From Magallana gigas (Eukaryota), in NCBI RefSeq assembly GCF_963853765.1, contig NC_088854.1, forward strand, positions 18,414,001 to 18,478,000: a stretch of DNA of 64,000 bases, in the 5' to 3' direction. Positions 1-11,700 of this stretch are shown here, in pieces. The position numbers and the translations under genes were made by a program. Under the pieces are notes generated by a model. The model did not search any database. It worked only from the letters and a program-made list of their open reading frames with translations, and was not told the origin of the DNA. How positions within the stretch are numbered: the stretch's first letter is position 1; each line of letters begins with the position of its first letter.

Positions 1-295
1 TATATTAAAACACCAGGACACATTTGTTTTAAAATTTAAAATCAAAATTCAGATTTTCATATTTCCACTAACCTGTAATTGCAAAGGATGCAATAAGTGA
101 ATTCTCCTTTTTCCGTTATTTGTTGGTCTGTAACCACAAACAGCTCAGACGTAAATGAAAATGAAACCAATTATCTCAGTCGTCTGAGCGTTTCTTTCTA
201 TGGGAGAATAAGGCTTTAAAAAAGCTCCAGATTCACGTGGATTATTTTGTCAAACAACACACGATTAGCAGACTTCCACACAGACATGCAAGGAT

Positions 296-3200
296 ATGGC
301 AAAACTAAGAGATCTTCGCGAAGAAATAAGGGTATGTCTACATCAATTATGGATCATTTCAATCATATACTTTCCCTAGACATAATTATTATCTTGTCTT
401 ACATTGTCAGATCAAACTAAAATATTTCGACTGTCTGAATCAGGATCTTTTATCATCATTATTTGATATTTCTATGTAACGATCAGAATTTTATATATAC
501 ATGTAGCACGAATGCAAAAATATGTTTATGCATAATGTAGTCTTTTAATAATTTCTCCAATCCTAATGAACAATTAGCATAACTTTGTTATGTTTTTTAT
601 TCATTTGCCTTGTTTATTGTTGTTGAAAATTTTCCAGTATTAAGATGTTTTCTATGAACATGTTGTGATGGTCAGGCCAGTTCAAATACTGGCACTAGAT
701 AGCTCAGTTGGTAGAGCACCTGACTAAGAAATTCATAGGGTCGATTTTCGAATCTTGGTCTGGTCCATCATTATTTCTCCCATCCCATTACATTTGGTGT
801 TGCGCCAATCCCTGGAACCAACAGGTTAACTCTTGCCATGGAAAAGAGTCCAGGGTGATCTTCGAAGTCTAAGATCATTAGGGTGGATGTGACGGTCAGA
901 CCGGTGCCAGATAGCTCAGTTGGTGGAGCTTTCAGGGGTCCTGAGTTAAAACACCAGTCTGGTCTGTCATTATATCTCTCATCCCGTTACATTTGGTGCT
1001 TTGCCTACCAGGCCTGTTGCCTACCCCTAGAACTGGTTTACCCCTGCCAGAGAAAAGAGCATGGAGAGATAATCTAGGGCAAAGATCATTTGAGGGGGAG
1101 GGAAGAGGAACCAGTCAAATGCAGGCGCCAGAAAGTCTGGGTTCGAATCCTGGTTTGGTCCGTCATTCTTTCTCCCATCCCATAACAAAGTGCATTATGA
1201 ATATATAAAGCAATATTGTAAAGCATATTTTTTTGTGTACATAAAAACCATTCATTTTCTTAAACGCTTGAATTCACCTGTGTAAATAATTGTATGTGTA
1301 TGTTAATTAAAGCCTGAATTCTGTTTTTTTTTTAACTTGATGTCTATGCAATTAATTTTTTTACAGTGAAAAATAAGTACTAAGTACTGTAATCAATTAT
1401 CACATATCAAACTCCCTGTATATTTTATAATTGAAAGTCAACAGCTTAAAATTACACAGTTTGAAATGATTATTGCAGGAAGTTCAGAGAGACCGAGATT
1501 TTAGTCTCAAGTGTAAGATTTCCACCTCACAATATCAGATACTAGAATCTGTTAGAGCAAAAAATGTGGAAAAATTTAAATCCATCGTCAATCGGGGAGA
1601 GAGTCCCAATTTCAGGACAGACACGGGGGACACTCTGTTACATATTGTGGTCGGAATGGGATGCAGCAAAGGTATGATATACACCTGTACTTGTTGAATA
1701 TTTTGCTCATTGTGTACTTGCATACTCTGTTTGTAAACTTTACAAAAAAGGTCAATGTTATCACATTGCTTTCAAAGTATGTATTTTGTTAATCAATTGA
1801 GGAATTTTTTGGAAATTTAAACATTCTTCATAAAGTGACATGGTCAACACAAATTAATAATTTGAGAGAAAAAGGATTTTAAAAGGATCTCACAAATAAC
1901 TTAATTCTGTTAAAAAAAATGAACTTTATTTTTTTCACAACAATTAATAAACAAGATATACAACTTATAATGAATATCTTTTGTTGGCACAGATGTTCGC
2001 GAGAGGGGGTCATTGGCTTAATTCAATTGTCATAATCAAAGTTTTTTTTTATTTTTGAGTCACCAGGACTGCATGGGTTTTACAAAAGAACTTAATACAA
2101 CTTATGACCAAATTCATGAATGCTTATTGATCACAAACTAATCAATACATTAGTCAAACGACTGTAAAATGTATTTATCAAAATCAAAGTAGTCGTAGAT
2201 TACTGGTTTTGTTTAAATTATGCTCAGCAAAGATCATTCAATGAGACTAAAAATATTTACAACTTTGCCCAAAGTTCTATTGCAAAATGCAACCCTGGTC
2301 CCTTAACAAACTTTGTGTACTGCTTTGCATCTTAAGTTTTATGTCGATCATTTCCAATATATTTGAAAATATATTTAGAATTTAAATGAATGACATTCAC
2401 TATATCATTTAGCCTCTATGGAGATGCTGAGGACTCTAGTGTACATGGACATGCCATTGGATGCCACCGACAGATTTGGACAGACTCCTCTCCATATTGC
2501 AGCAGAGAAAAGCATGGAAATGGTGACTGTATTGTTAGAAGCAGGAGCATCAGTAAACATTGAAGATAATGCTGGTATATAAAGTCATATTTTTCTGTAA
2601 TAGTCCTGGTAATGATTGTATAGATTCTGAGATAATGTGAATATTGATGATAAGATAGTACATATATATACCTACTTAATGATGACAATGGCAGGTTTAT
2701 TGTTCCCCACGACTGCAACTATTTTCTGAGGAAAAGCCAAGGGAAATAGTTGCTGTTGAAAGGACATTGATTAGTCCTGAATTAATTAACCCAAAATTTT
2801 TAAAGCTTTGAAATAAAGTCTCTGAAGAAGACACTTTGATGGGTAATCTTCATATACATTTTTACACAAAATTGTTTAAAATTAAAAACTACATGTATCA
2901 CTGCACTAAAATTTGACTGAAAAAATTGCACATTAAAGCTACATGTAATGGAAGCTATATAGCTAAATCAAGAAATTGTACTGGACCTGTACAAGTTATT
3001 GGTAACTCCTAAAAGTATATCTATACCTAATCAAGTAAATAAATTATATAGCATAGATCTTCTGAAAAAAGATTGTGAGACTGCCTGATGATTAAGTTGA
3101 GCATCTGACTTTCCCTAGGAAGAACTGCCCTGCTGCATGCATGTTCTAGTTCCTGTGAGGAGGCTGTAGCCATTGTCCATTGTTTGTTGGACAGAAATGC

Positions 3201-4259
3201 CAACATCTTCGCTCAGGACCAAGATGGGCACACAGGTCAGTAGTTTAGGTCATTACTTGTAAGGTACGTAGATTTTGCATAAATATTTTTAATTTTTCAG
3301 TTTTTAAAGGAAATAAAATTGATTTTTTTTCTGTTTCTGAAGGAAATGAAATTAAAGTCTGTTTCAAATAAAACAGAAATCATTTCATTTTAATTGACTA
3401 CTCTGTGTTTGTTTGTTACAGCCTTACACTGCCTGTGTTTGTCCCGACTGAACATGACCACTAGGATTGAACTAGCCTATAAACTTCTGTATGCTGGCCT
3501 ATCAGCCACTGTCCCAGATAAGATTGGTAAAAAATTTTTTATCAAATTGCTATAAAAGTTTCTTGTATCTCAGTAATGATAGACAACAACAAACAAATTC
3601 AACGAAGAAAGTTTATTAATACCAAGAGATTGTAAGGATTCTGTACAAAAATGCCTTTTAATTAAATACTCCTATTGCTGATATTTTGTGTTGCATCTTT
3701 TTTTTTGTGCATAAACATTGTAAATATAGATCAATTAGACTTAATTGTTGGAATACTCATGAGTTTAATGTATTCAGAGGGGCAATTTTGGATTAACAAA
3801 CTATTGTTGGTTATAGGAAAGATGGCTCTTTGTCATGAGATATCAAGAGCATTGCAGCCAAGACACAAAAATCCAAAGAGCCAGCAATCTGCACTACTCA
3901 TCAGAACTCTAGTCAAAGCAGGCTCCAACTTCAATCCCAGAAGCACCCAGCACAGAGGCTTTTTAAAACATGTCTTAAACCTGTACAGTGATTCCTACCA
4001 CGTTCATCTGGTGAATGAATTTGAGCCGGTGCTCTCCCTTACCTCTATTAAAAAACTTTTGGAAATTATACCAGATGATGACGAAAATTATCAACAATTA
4101 GTTCTGTCTTTAAGGAGAATCTCCCATAAGATTCAGACTCTGAAATTCATGAGTAGGAATGCTGTGAGAACAGAGCTAAAAGGAAAGGTATTGATCAAAG
4201 TGGATTATCTTCCCTTGCCCAGGACGTTAAAGAATTATGTTCTGTTGGAAGATGAATAA
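296..4259 (+). CDS. Ankyrin repeat and SOCS box-containing protein (ASB-like), 6 coding exons
   Basis: Exons 296-331, 1479-1671, 2413-2574, 3119-3235, 3422-3526, 3817-4259 have GT-AG ends and compatible phases (0,1,1,1,1). Ankyrin motifs GDTLLHIVV, GQTPLHIAAEK, GRTALLHAC, GHTALHCLC; C-terminal SOCS box (QTLKFMSRNAVR...LPLPRTLKNYVL). The short first exon (MAKLRDLREEIR) is the least certain. Confidence 0.88.
664..1187 (+). mobile_element. Tandem TRIM (miniature non-autonomous LTR element) with tRNA-like sequence in its LTRs, Helenus-like; in intron 1 of the ASB gene
   Basis: LTR-like units TGTGA...TTACA at 664-792 and 888-991, plus a partial third ending at 1187. The first two are followed by a PBS-like TTTGGTG (793, 992); purine tracts precede the next units (880-887, 1092-1109). 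A-box TAGCTCAGTTGG in units 1 and 2; B-box GGTTCGAATCC in unit 3. Flanks ATGT/AAGT give a 4-bp TSD with one mismatch. Confidence 0.65.
2952..2989. repeat. Short dispersed repeat fragment; inverted copy at 30038-30075
   Basis: AAGCTATATAGCTAAATCAAGAAATTGTACTGGACCTG matches the reverse complement of 30038-30075 with 2 mismatches. Confidence 0.7.
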
Positions 4260-5740
4260 TGTTTTAAGTTAAAGTTTATTATTATTTTAGAGATGATTTA
4301 AAATGTTAATATACTTGAAAATAAATCAGTTTTAGAATTGTTATGTGCCTTCTCCATGTTTTTTTAAAAACAGTTTTATATATCTACTATTTATTACTGT
4401 TTATTACAAAATTCTATGCATTCTGACCAGCACTTACTTATTGAGGAGATGCATATAAAAATTTTTACAGAAGTGAATAAATAAAACATTGCTGTCATAT
4501 TAAATTGTTAATTTATGTGTTAATATCTGTAACAGGCTACAGATCAAGATACATGCACATATCTTAATAACTTGTGACTCTAATGCCAGACCCAGACAGT
4601 ATCCCAGATGTTTGTTAAACACAGCTTTAAGAATATGGTTCAAATGAAATAGTATTGACAAGTGTATAAAACCAGGTACCAGCTAAATTCTTTATAAGTT
4701 TTCAACCATCAGTCGCTATAACAAAGGGTAAATAGAAATATAATATAATCGCTATTGTTCATGGCCATTTATTTTGCATGCATACGGTATAACCCTTACA
4801 GTAACTATGTAAAGGGAACGAAGAATTTTATAAAAATGTACAATACCGGTACTTGTGAAAGGAGTTAACACAAACGGATTTTATTTAAATGTTTCAAAGG
4901 GGATTTTAATGAAATCAACTGGCTTAAATTATAAAATAAAGTAAAATTGTTGCTTGAAAAAAAATGCAAAGACTGCTGATAAATTTAGCTAGGCTTGGCG
5001 AATGTGTAAGTGGTACAACATATATTCAAATACGATGATGAGAACACATTACAAAAAGCTGTTTAACATCCAGGATTCCACATTTGGACCTTCATCTTTG
5101 GTCAGAACTAGGCTCTGGAACAGTCCAGTCGTTCTCAAAAGGAATTAGGTTTAAACGACCAATAACACTTAAAGCTAGCCTGGTCAAATTAGCGAATTTC
5201 GTACAATCATGTATAATACAGTTTTAATGGAAGAACTTTTCAAATTTACTATTTCATTTGATGATTGCTTATTAGAATACTTACGGTAATTCAAATAGTA
5301 AACCGCCTCAGATTTGACTGGCGAAAAGCGAGTTAGTCTAACTTCTGATTGCCACAATGTTACTTGTTTACAATGTACAATCTATGGACTTATATGTAGT
5401 TTATTTTCAATGGGTATGCGTGTGATTTTTACATAAATAAAACTTTTTGAAAAATTTTAGGGTACGGTTTCATCAGAAGAATCATAGGGTTTTTTTCTTG
5501 CTCATCACAAAAACTTCAAGACGATGCGTGCGCAAAGGACTGCAAATATTGCAGCGTGGCATCAGAATATATCATTTTTTTTTTTACTGAACCTATATTC
5601 TTTGTATTTCTTGTAAAAACGTTGACTGTTTCCATAGTTTCACTTTAAACTACATGTTTCTGTAAAGTAATTCAAGTAACATAAAAGTATACGCTCATGC
5701 ATTTAGAAAAAAAAGATCGATGAAAAGTGTCTAATATTAT

Positions 5741-5845
5741 GCATTGAATGATTTATTTTTGACGTCGTCGTGTCAATAACTGCCGTCAGGTGAGCAGATA
5801 AATTGAATAACGCGCGTTAGCGCGTCATGATAATTTTTCTCTGAT
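5741..5845. mobile_element. Partial fold-back element related to 44271-44434
   Basis: Shares the left end GCATTGAAT...ATTTTTTGA and the central hairpin AAATTGA-TAACGCGC-GTTA-GCGCGT-ATGA with the complete palindrome at 44271-44434; the right arm is degenerate or truncated. Confidence 0.55.
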
Positions 5846-7256
5846 CCGCAACACAATTCGAGTAATTTTAGAATTTATTTGTTGCAATTAAAAATGATTT
5901 GATTATGCAGAAAATTCAAAACTGAATTGTCCAAATACACTTGCTTTAAAAATTGACTAGTCTTTATGTACAGTGTACTTGTAAATATATTCATCATCGA
6001 ATTACTAGCGTCAGCTCATTTCCAGCTCTAGAACATCTTGCTTCAAACGTGTACATAATCAAGCCTTTATAAGGTCCAAGACCATGTCAAGGGTATATAT
6101 TATTCATTCACGTTTAGGACCAATATAGATCGACAATTATTTCCAGGTAATGCTTATTTCCTTTATGGAATTTTATCTTTCATCCATCCTTTGTTCAAAT
6201 ATGTTTTCTTCTTTTAGGAAATCCATGCCTGATGCAGCATATAATTAGATGTCTAAATAGCTTGATTTGCACTTTTTTGTGTTTACCTTATAACGTAGAA
6301 TCGATGGTTCTGAACATGAAATTTGCACACCACAGAAAAAAACCCATTAACTTAAGGATGTTTAATCACTAAATAAAAAATAACTGCTTTGCCATTTGTA
6401 CAAAATGTACTTTTGTTGTATATTTTACTACTTAATAATATGTGTAGTTATCTAGAAAAAAGGACGCATATTTTGAAGTGAACGAAACCCAGTTGATTAC
6501 TACAGTGCGCTGTTGTGCAAAGCATGTTGAACCTGTATCTATCTGTAAATCTTTTACCCTGTGTAGCATTCAAAATTACAAAATTGCTCTTAATCGCATG
6601 TGAAATAATGATTTTTCCCCGATGAATGATAAAAGTTCCTTTTTTAACATCTTTAAATTTAATTTGCATAAAATTGTTATAAATCGAAAAGTAAAACGAT
6701 AAATTCTTTGCAACAATAGTATATAGCAACCATGGCTTCACTTAACCTCAGGTATAAAATCATTTTCGTAAAATTTTAAATTCCTCGCATAAAAGCTGCA
6801 CATTATATTCCAAACATTTGACAAAAGCTTTAAATCTTTTTATCAATGTCTGCACAAGTAAATCCATCAAAACGATATGTTTACATTTTGCAAATCAAAC
6901 GAAACACGAACTCTTTTGTCTTTAAAGTTTACAAAAATGATGTTTGTCTTTACCTACTTGTAATTTATACTCAATGATAAACACATTCCATCTTAGTAAC
7001 TTGTTTACTTGGCAAAACGTAATGCAATACAAAGTACAAAAATATTTTGTACGTAAAATGGAAGTACTCCAATGCAAAACACACGTAACCTCCAATCAAA
7101 CGATCGGTTAGACCGATAACATTGTTTTTGGAAGTCAAGTCATTAAATCAAAATGGGTTAAAGTCGTATCATTATGAAAATTTAAATATAACAAAGAAAT
7201 AAAAAATAGATCACATATGACTAGCCTGAATATCTAGAAGGCTTAAATTCCAAAGT

Positions 7257-8711
7257 TTATGAGGTTTTGTCGAATATTTCGTTGGTCGTTAACTGTCTGT
7301 CCCTTTCTAACGGCTCGCGGGTCCTGATGTAGCGAGCCTTTTTCGCCTCCTCCCACGTCTGTTCAAAAGGGGGCGCTGTGTACATAGTCTTCAGTGACCC
7401 GTCCGGATTGAACGACTCCGGACCGATGGCGACTTTGCTAGGTTTCTGCTGCTCCTCCTCTGTTGGCACCTTTCGCGTCTCCACACTCTCGATCTCAAGT
7501 TCTTTTACAGCATTCTCAATCTCTATCACAGTTTTTGGGTCCTCAACTGGCGAATAAGGAATCTTTTCTTCGTTAACTAGCACGGGAGGATGGTGTGATC
7601 CTTTCTCCATAGACGACCTTCTAGCTGAAGTTGGGTGACCACGAGCGTCATCATGATGGATTCTCCCTTTGTCTAAAGAAAATCTCCTGGCCGAAGTTGG
7701 ATGCGTTAAATGACCATGAACTGCATCATGATTGAACTTCCCCTTCTCTATAGACGCTCTTCTTGCTGAAGTTGGATGCGTTAGATGACCATGAAAGTCA
7801 TCATGATGGAATTTCCCTTTCTCTGTAGGCGACTTCCTTGCTGAAGTTGGATGACCACGAATATCCTCGTTGGAACCCTTCCCTTTGTCTAGCGACAGCC
7901 GCCTGACAGCGCTGTGTTTCGGGGGACTGGTTCCTGGCACTATATGCCTGCCCTTGTCTAAAGACATCCGTCTGACGGGACTGTGCCGAGGGGAACTCAT
8001 CTCCGTAGTAATCTCTCCACTTTCGTTTCTGGATATTTGAAGAGAGGGCTCCTTCGTACCAGTTGGCTCGTTAGATGGCACGTCCTGCGACTGACTGTCA
8101 CTTAATGTTTGTATATATTGCTTCTGTTCCTCAAAGTCATTTGAGTTTTCCGCTTCACTAGGCTTCGGCTGATCTGATATTATCAATGGATTTATTTGCA
8201 CATGTGGATGATCATTATATTTATTTTGATTGATGCGACCTGAACCTTTGATCCCATCTAAAAGATCATTATGTTCTTGCGCATGCGCTTCATTGAAACT
8301 CTGAAGATACTGAATAAGCATCTCCGCGTTCATTGGACTGGAGTCCCTCCCGCGTGAGTTGTTCTCTTGGGGAGCTTTTCTTTGCAGTCTTGGACTCCTA
8401 CCGCTGACGTCTTTCATTCCCAATTCTTTGAATTTTGGATGATGAAATTTCTTGTCGCTTGACAGGGTAGCATGATGGCCAAGTTGTTTATGAACACCGC
8501 CTCGAATTTTGTTCAGTTCCTTTTCTATTTCCTTGCGTTCTTGGTTGACCTTGTCCAGATTAAATCTGTACTCGGCCTCGATACCTCCCCTCCCCCCGAC
8601 CTCTTGGTCTAGCCGACGCTGTTCGCGCTTGTTGAGCTCACGAGCAAATTCCTGCGATCTAAACTGTCTCTTGTAAATATCCATGTCCCTGTTGGTCTTC
8701 ATTGATATCAT
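7257..8711 (-). CDS. 484-aa coiled-coil protein, CCDC190 (DUF4697)-like, single coding exon
   Basis: Uninterrupted 484-codon ORF. Acceptor (ctcttttacag) just upstream at 8730; a candidate 5'UTR-exon donor GTAAGT at 9138-9143. N-terminal coiled coil (ELNKREQRRLDQ...QERKEIEKELNKI) and C-terminal EEAKKARYIRTREPLERDRQLTTNEIF resemble the recalled CCDC190 termini. The ORF is solid; the family call is moderate. Confidence 0.7.
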   Translation of the reverse strand: MISMKTNRDMDIYKRQFRSQEFARELNKREQRRLDQEVGGRGGIEAEYRFNLDKVNQERKEIEKELNKIRGGVHKQLGHHATLSSDKKFHHPKFKELGMKDVSGRSPRLQRKAPQENNSRGRDSSPMNAEMLIQYLQSFNEAHAQEHNDLLDGIKGSGRINQNKYNDHPHVQINPLIISDQPKPSEAENSNDFEEQKQYIQTLSDSQSQDVPSNEPTGTKEPSLQISRNESGEITTEMSSPRHSPVRRMSLDKGRHIVPGTSPPKHSAVRRLSLDKGKGSNEDIRGHPTSARKSPTEKGKFHHDDFHGHLTHPTSARRASIEKGKFNHDAVHGHLTHPTSARRFSLDKGRIHHDDARGHPTSARRSSMEKGSHHPPVLVNEEKIPYSPVEDPKTVIEIENAVKELEIESVETRKVPTEEEQQKPSKVAIGPESFNPDGSLKTMYTAPPFEQTWEEAKKARYIRTREPLERDRQLTTNEIFDKTS

Positions 8712-11700
8712 TTCCCCCTCTTCAAAATTCTGTAAAAGAGATTATTACAAAAAAGTTCACATATTGGAACAATTCTTTTGCGATTTATTTGCAACGTATA
8801 ACCTTAAACATATTTGCTAAGTTTATTCAGAAAAAAGAAAACCCGTGTCTGGTTTGACTGCACTTGACATTAAGCCACCCAAAGTAAACTCCCAGACCAA
8901 AAGTTATGATTAAATACTCGAGGTTTGCGTGTTCTAAAACGGACTCAAATTCTAAATTGACTTTATTTGAAAATTCTCCAAAAGAGCTATTAACCTAAGC
9001 CTTTCGTACACATGCACAGTAAAATAGAAATCAAATATTTGCACATGTTCCTAATCAGCTGTTGTCGACATTATTCAACAAGAGAAAGATGAATAGGGTT
9101 TTAGCAGACATATAAGAACTAAAATCACAATAAGGACACTTACAGCGGCGAACTGAGTTGAAAAAACCTGTAACGGTATTCAAACGCACCTCAGTGTCTT
9201 ACTTGTGTCGCATGAATGTGTTTCAATGTAAAATTGTTCTAACATCAACTGGTCTATAATGCAATGGGAAAGATTAGATTGTCAATTGAGCACTATATAC
9301 AAGAACTGAGAATAGAAATGAAATGAATAGCTTACAAGTAACTGGCTCTACCTGGTAATGGTGAACAGGTCGTTCATCAGAAAATAACGTCCAAAACATG
9401 AAAATAGGATTTTCTATCATTTTATAGCACCTGTTAATAATAAAATGGTCGCACCTTGTCTCCACACCCAAAGTTAAAGCCAAAATTGATATAAAATTTC
9501 AAAAGCAAGTATCAATAACCAAAGGTATTATAATTGAGCACATGTCGATTTATTTGGTCATAACGTTGATGGGTCTGAGTGGGACAGCTTCCTCGAGATC
9601 TCTATCACTTTAAACAACAATACATCGATATTTGGTGATAAAAACCAGTGTCTGAACGTAAAATATGAAGACAGCTCTACTTCGTAAAGAAAAGCATCCT
9701 GTTTACTGGTAAATAATTGATAGCTTTGTAATTGCATGTACCGGTACCCATATATGGAAAGGGTCAATTTTGTTTATCTGACAGCTTTGTTGTGCTGTAA
9801 TGGCAATTTTGAAGCGAGAGTAAAAGATGTGTGATCCATTCTTGCGTAATAAGAAACATTCAATAACAGCTAATCATTCGGAAGATATCGGACTTAATAG
9901 GAAATGACGCTTTTACATTTTTGTGCGTAGGACCAAATCAATTGAAGTAAAATCTCGTAAAAAATAACTGATATCCACAGGTAGGCAAGGTGTTGCAGTG
10001 AATTTATTACCTGTTTCAGTTTTAAACGTAAACGACCAATTTTAGTGTCATCGACCCTCTCCCAAATCTGTGCACAAACAAACAACCCCCCAATAACAGG
10101 CGACGGACCTTTGTATTTGTTTAGATATGTATGTGTTAAATAAGGATTTACTCATCTTGCGTCAATGCATCGACTAAATACACGCAAGTTTTACGTAAAG
10201 GGGAGCATCCTTGCTATTGAAGATAATTTCTCTGCACTTTTCAAGGATGAATTTGAACATAAATCAATAATTTTTATCACGACTGAAATAAATTTGTCTT
10301 TCGCATTTTACATAACAGAGATAATTCTGACCATTTCTCTATATATTAAGATCAAATCTGATTTCTGAAAAAAGAGACCGAAGAATTTTGGTTTTTTTGG
10401 GACTAGATTTCCTCGAAAGTGTAATTGATGAAATTCCTGTCATAATTATTGACTAAAAACCTTCAAGAAGATGAATCTAAACGCTATTAATACCCACAAC
10501 ATATTTTAATACGACTTTTAGAAGTATAAGGCAACTGTAAGCTCTCCGACTTGTTTGGTTTTCTCTCCTATAATTGATGAATCACCTGTATCGTCTCTCC
10601 AATCTCCTTGACATGCCATGTTTGCATCTTCTTTGCGATATTTTCTAAATCTTTTAAAATACCTTTAACGAATTCTGTATACGTTGTACATACACAAAAC
10701 TGTACAGCAGGTGTGCAATGTAAATGGTTAAGGTGGATGTTGATTTATTTTTTTAAAAAGCATTTCTAACGATAATTTTTCTTTGTTGTAAAATGAAAAA
10801 AAAAATTCTTGTAACATGCCTCGGATTTGACTCCCCCCCCCCCTCCCCCTCCCCCCACCCGAAAAAAGCCCTTACGTGGCCAGAATCTGTTAAAAGAAAA
10901 ACCATAACGACTGCATTGTTATCAATACAGATTCCATCCTTAGTACGTAAGATGTCTAAAAAAATCGAAACTGAGCGGAAATTAAAAGTATGCTGGGATA
11001 ATGGACGATTCAATGCTCACCGCGAGGTCTTGGTCATTTTATTACAGTATTATATGCGTAATGTGTTCGAATAAAACTATTGTAAACATTGGTTTGTTCA
11101 TCTTCGCTAGCCAAAGGTTTTCGGTCCACTTCGCTTTATGGGGAGCACAGTGGACCAAAAACCCTTGGCTAACGAAGATGTGGTATGTTGTACACATCCC
11201 CATTCTGCAGGTTTGACCGAGAGAGAACGTTTTTGGGCACAACAATAGGTTTTATACAAGTAGTTCTTTGTCTACAACCATTACTTTAAAAATTTACAGT
11301 CATTTTACAACATGGCTTGAATTAATCTTATAATATCATTAGCATAGAGTTTAATGAAAAACTAAAATTTAGCATAATAAATTTAAATTCAAAATATTTC
11401 CTAAACTCATCCAGTTGTGTTCAAGTGTTGGGAAATGAAACATTTGAGTTGCAGTTTAGAAGATATTTACATACACACGTACGTCATAATGCTAAAGTAT
11501 TGAAATACTCGTATCATATAACCATCATTGATGTCAGTTTGATTAAGGTCAATGCACGCGTGTATTAGGGTCTTTAAATCATTCCCCATGATTTTGATCG
11601 TAGATAATCTATTTACATGATGTATACATACAAATGGAAACAAATTCCATGTATTGAGATATGTATCGTAAACATGCGTTCCAATACAAAATAAAAGACT

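Noticed and set aside
691-760. Possible tRNA gene (TAGCTCAGTTGGTAGAGC...)
   Set aside because: The T-arm and acceptor stem are degenerate and the segment recurs as part of LTR-like units; treated as TRIM sequence.
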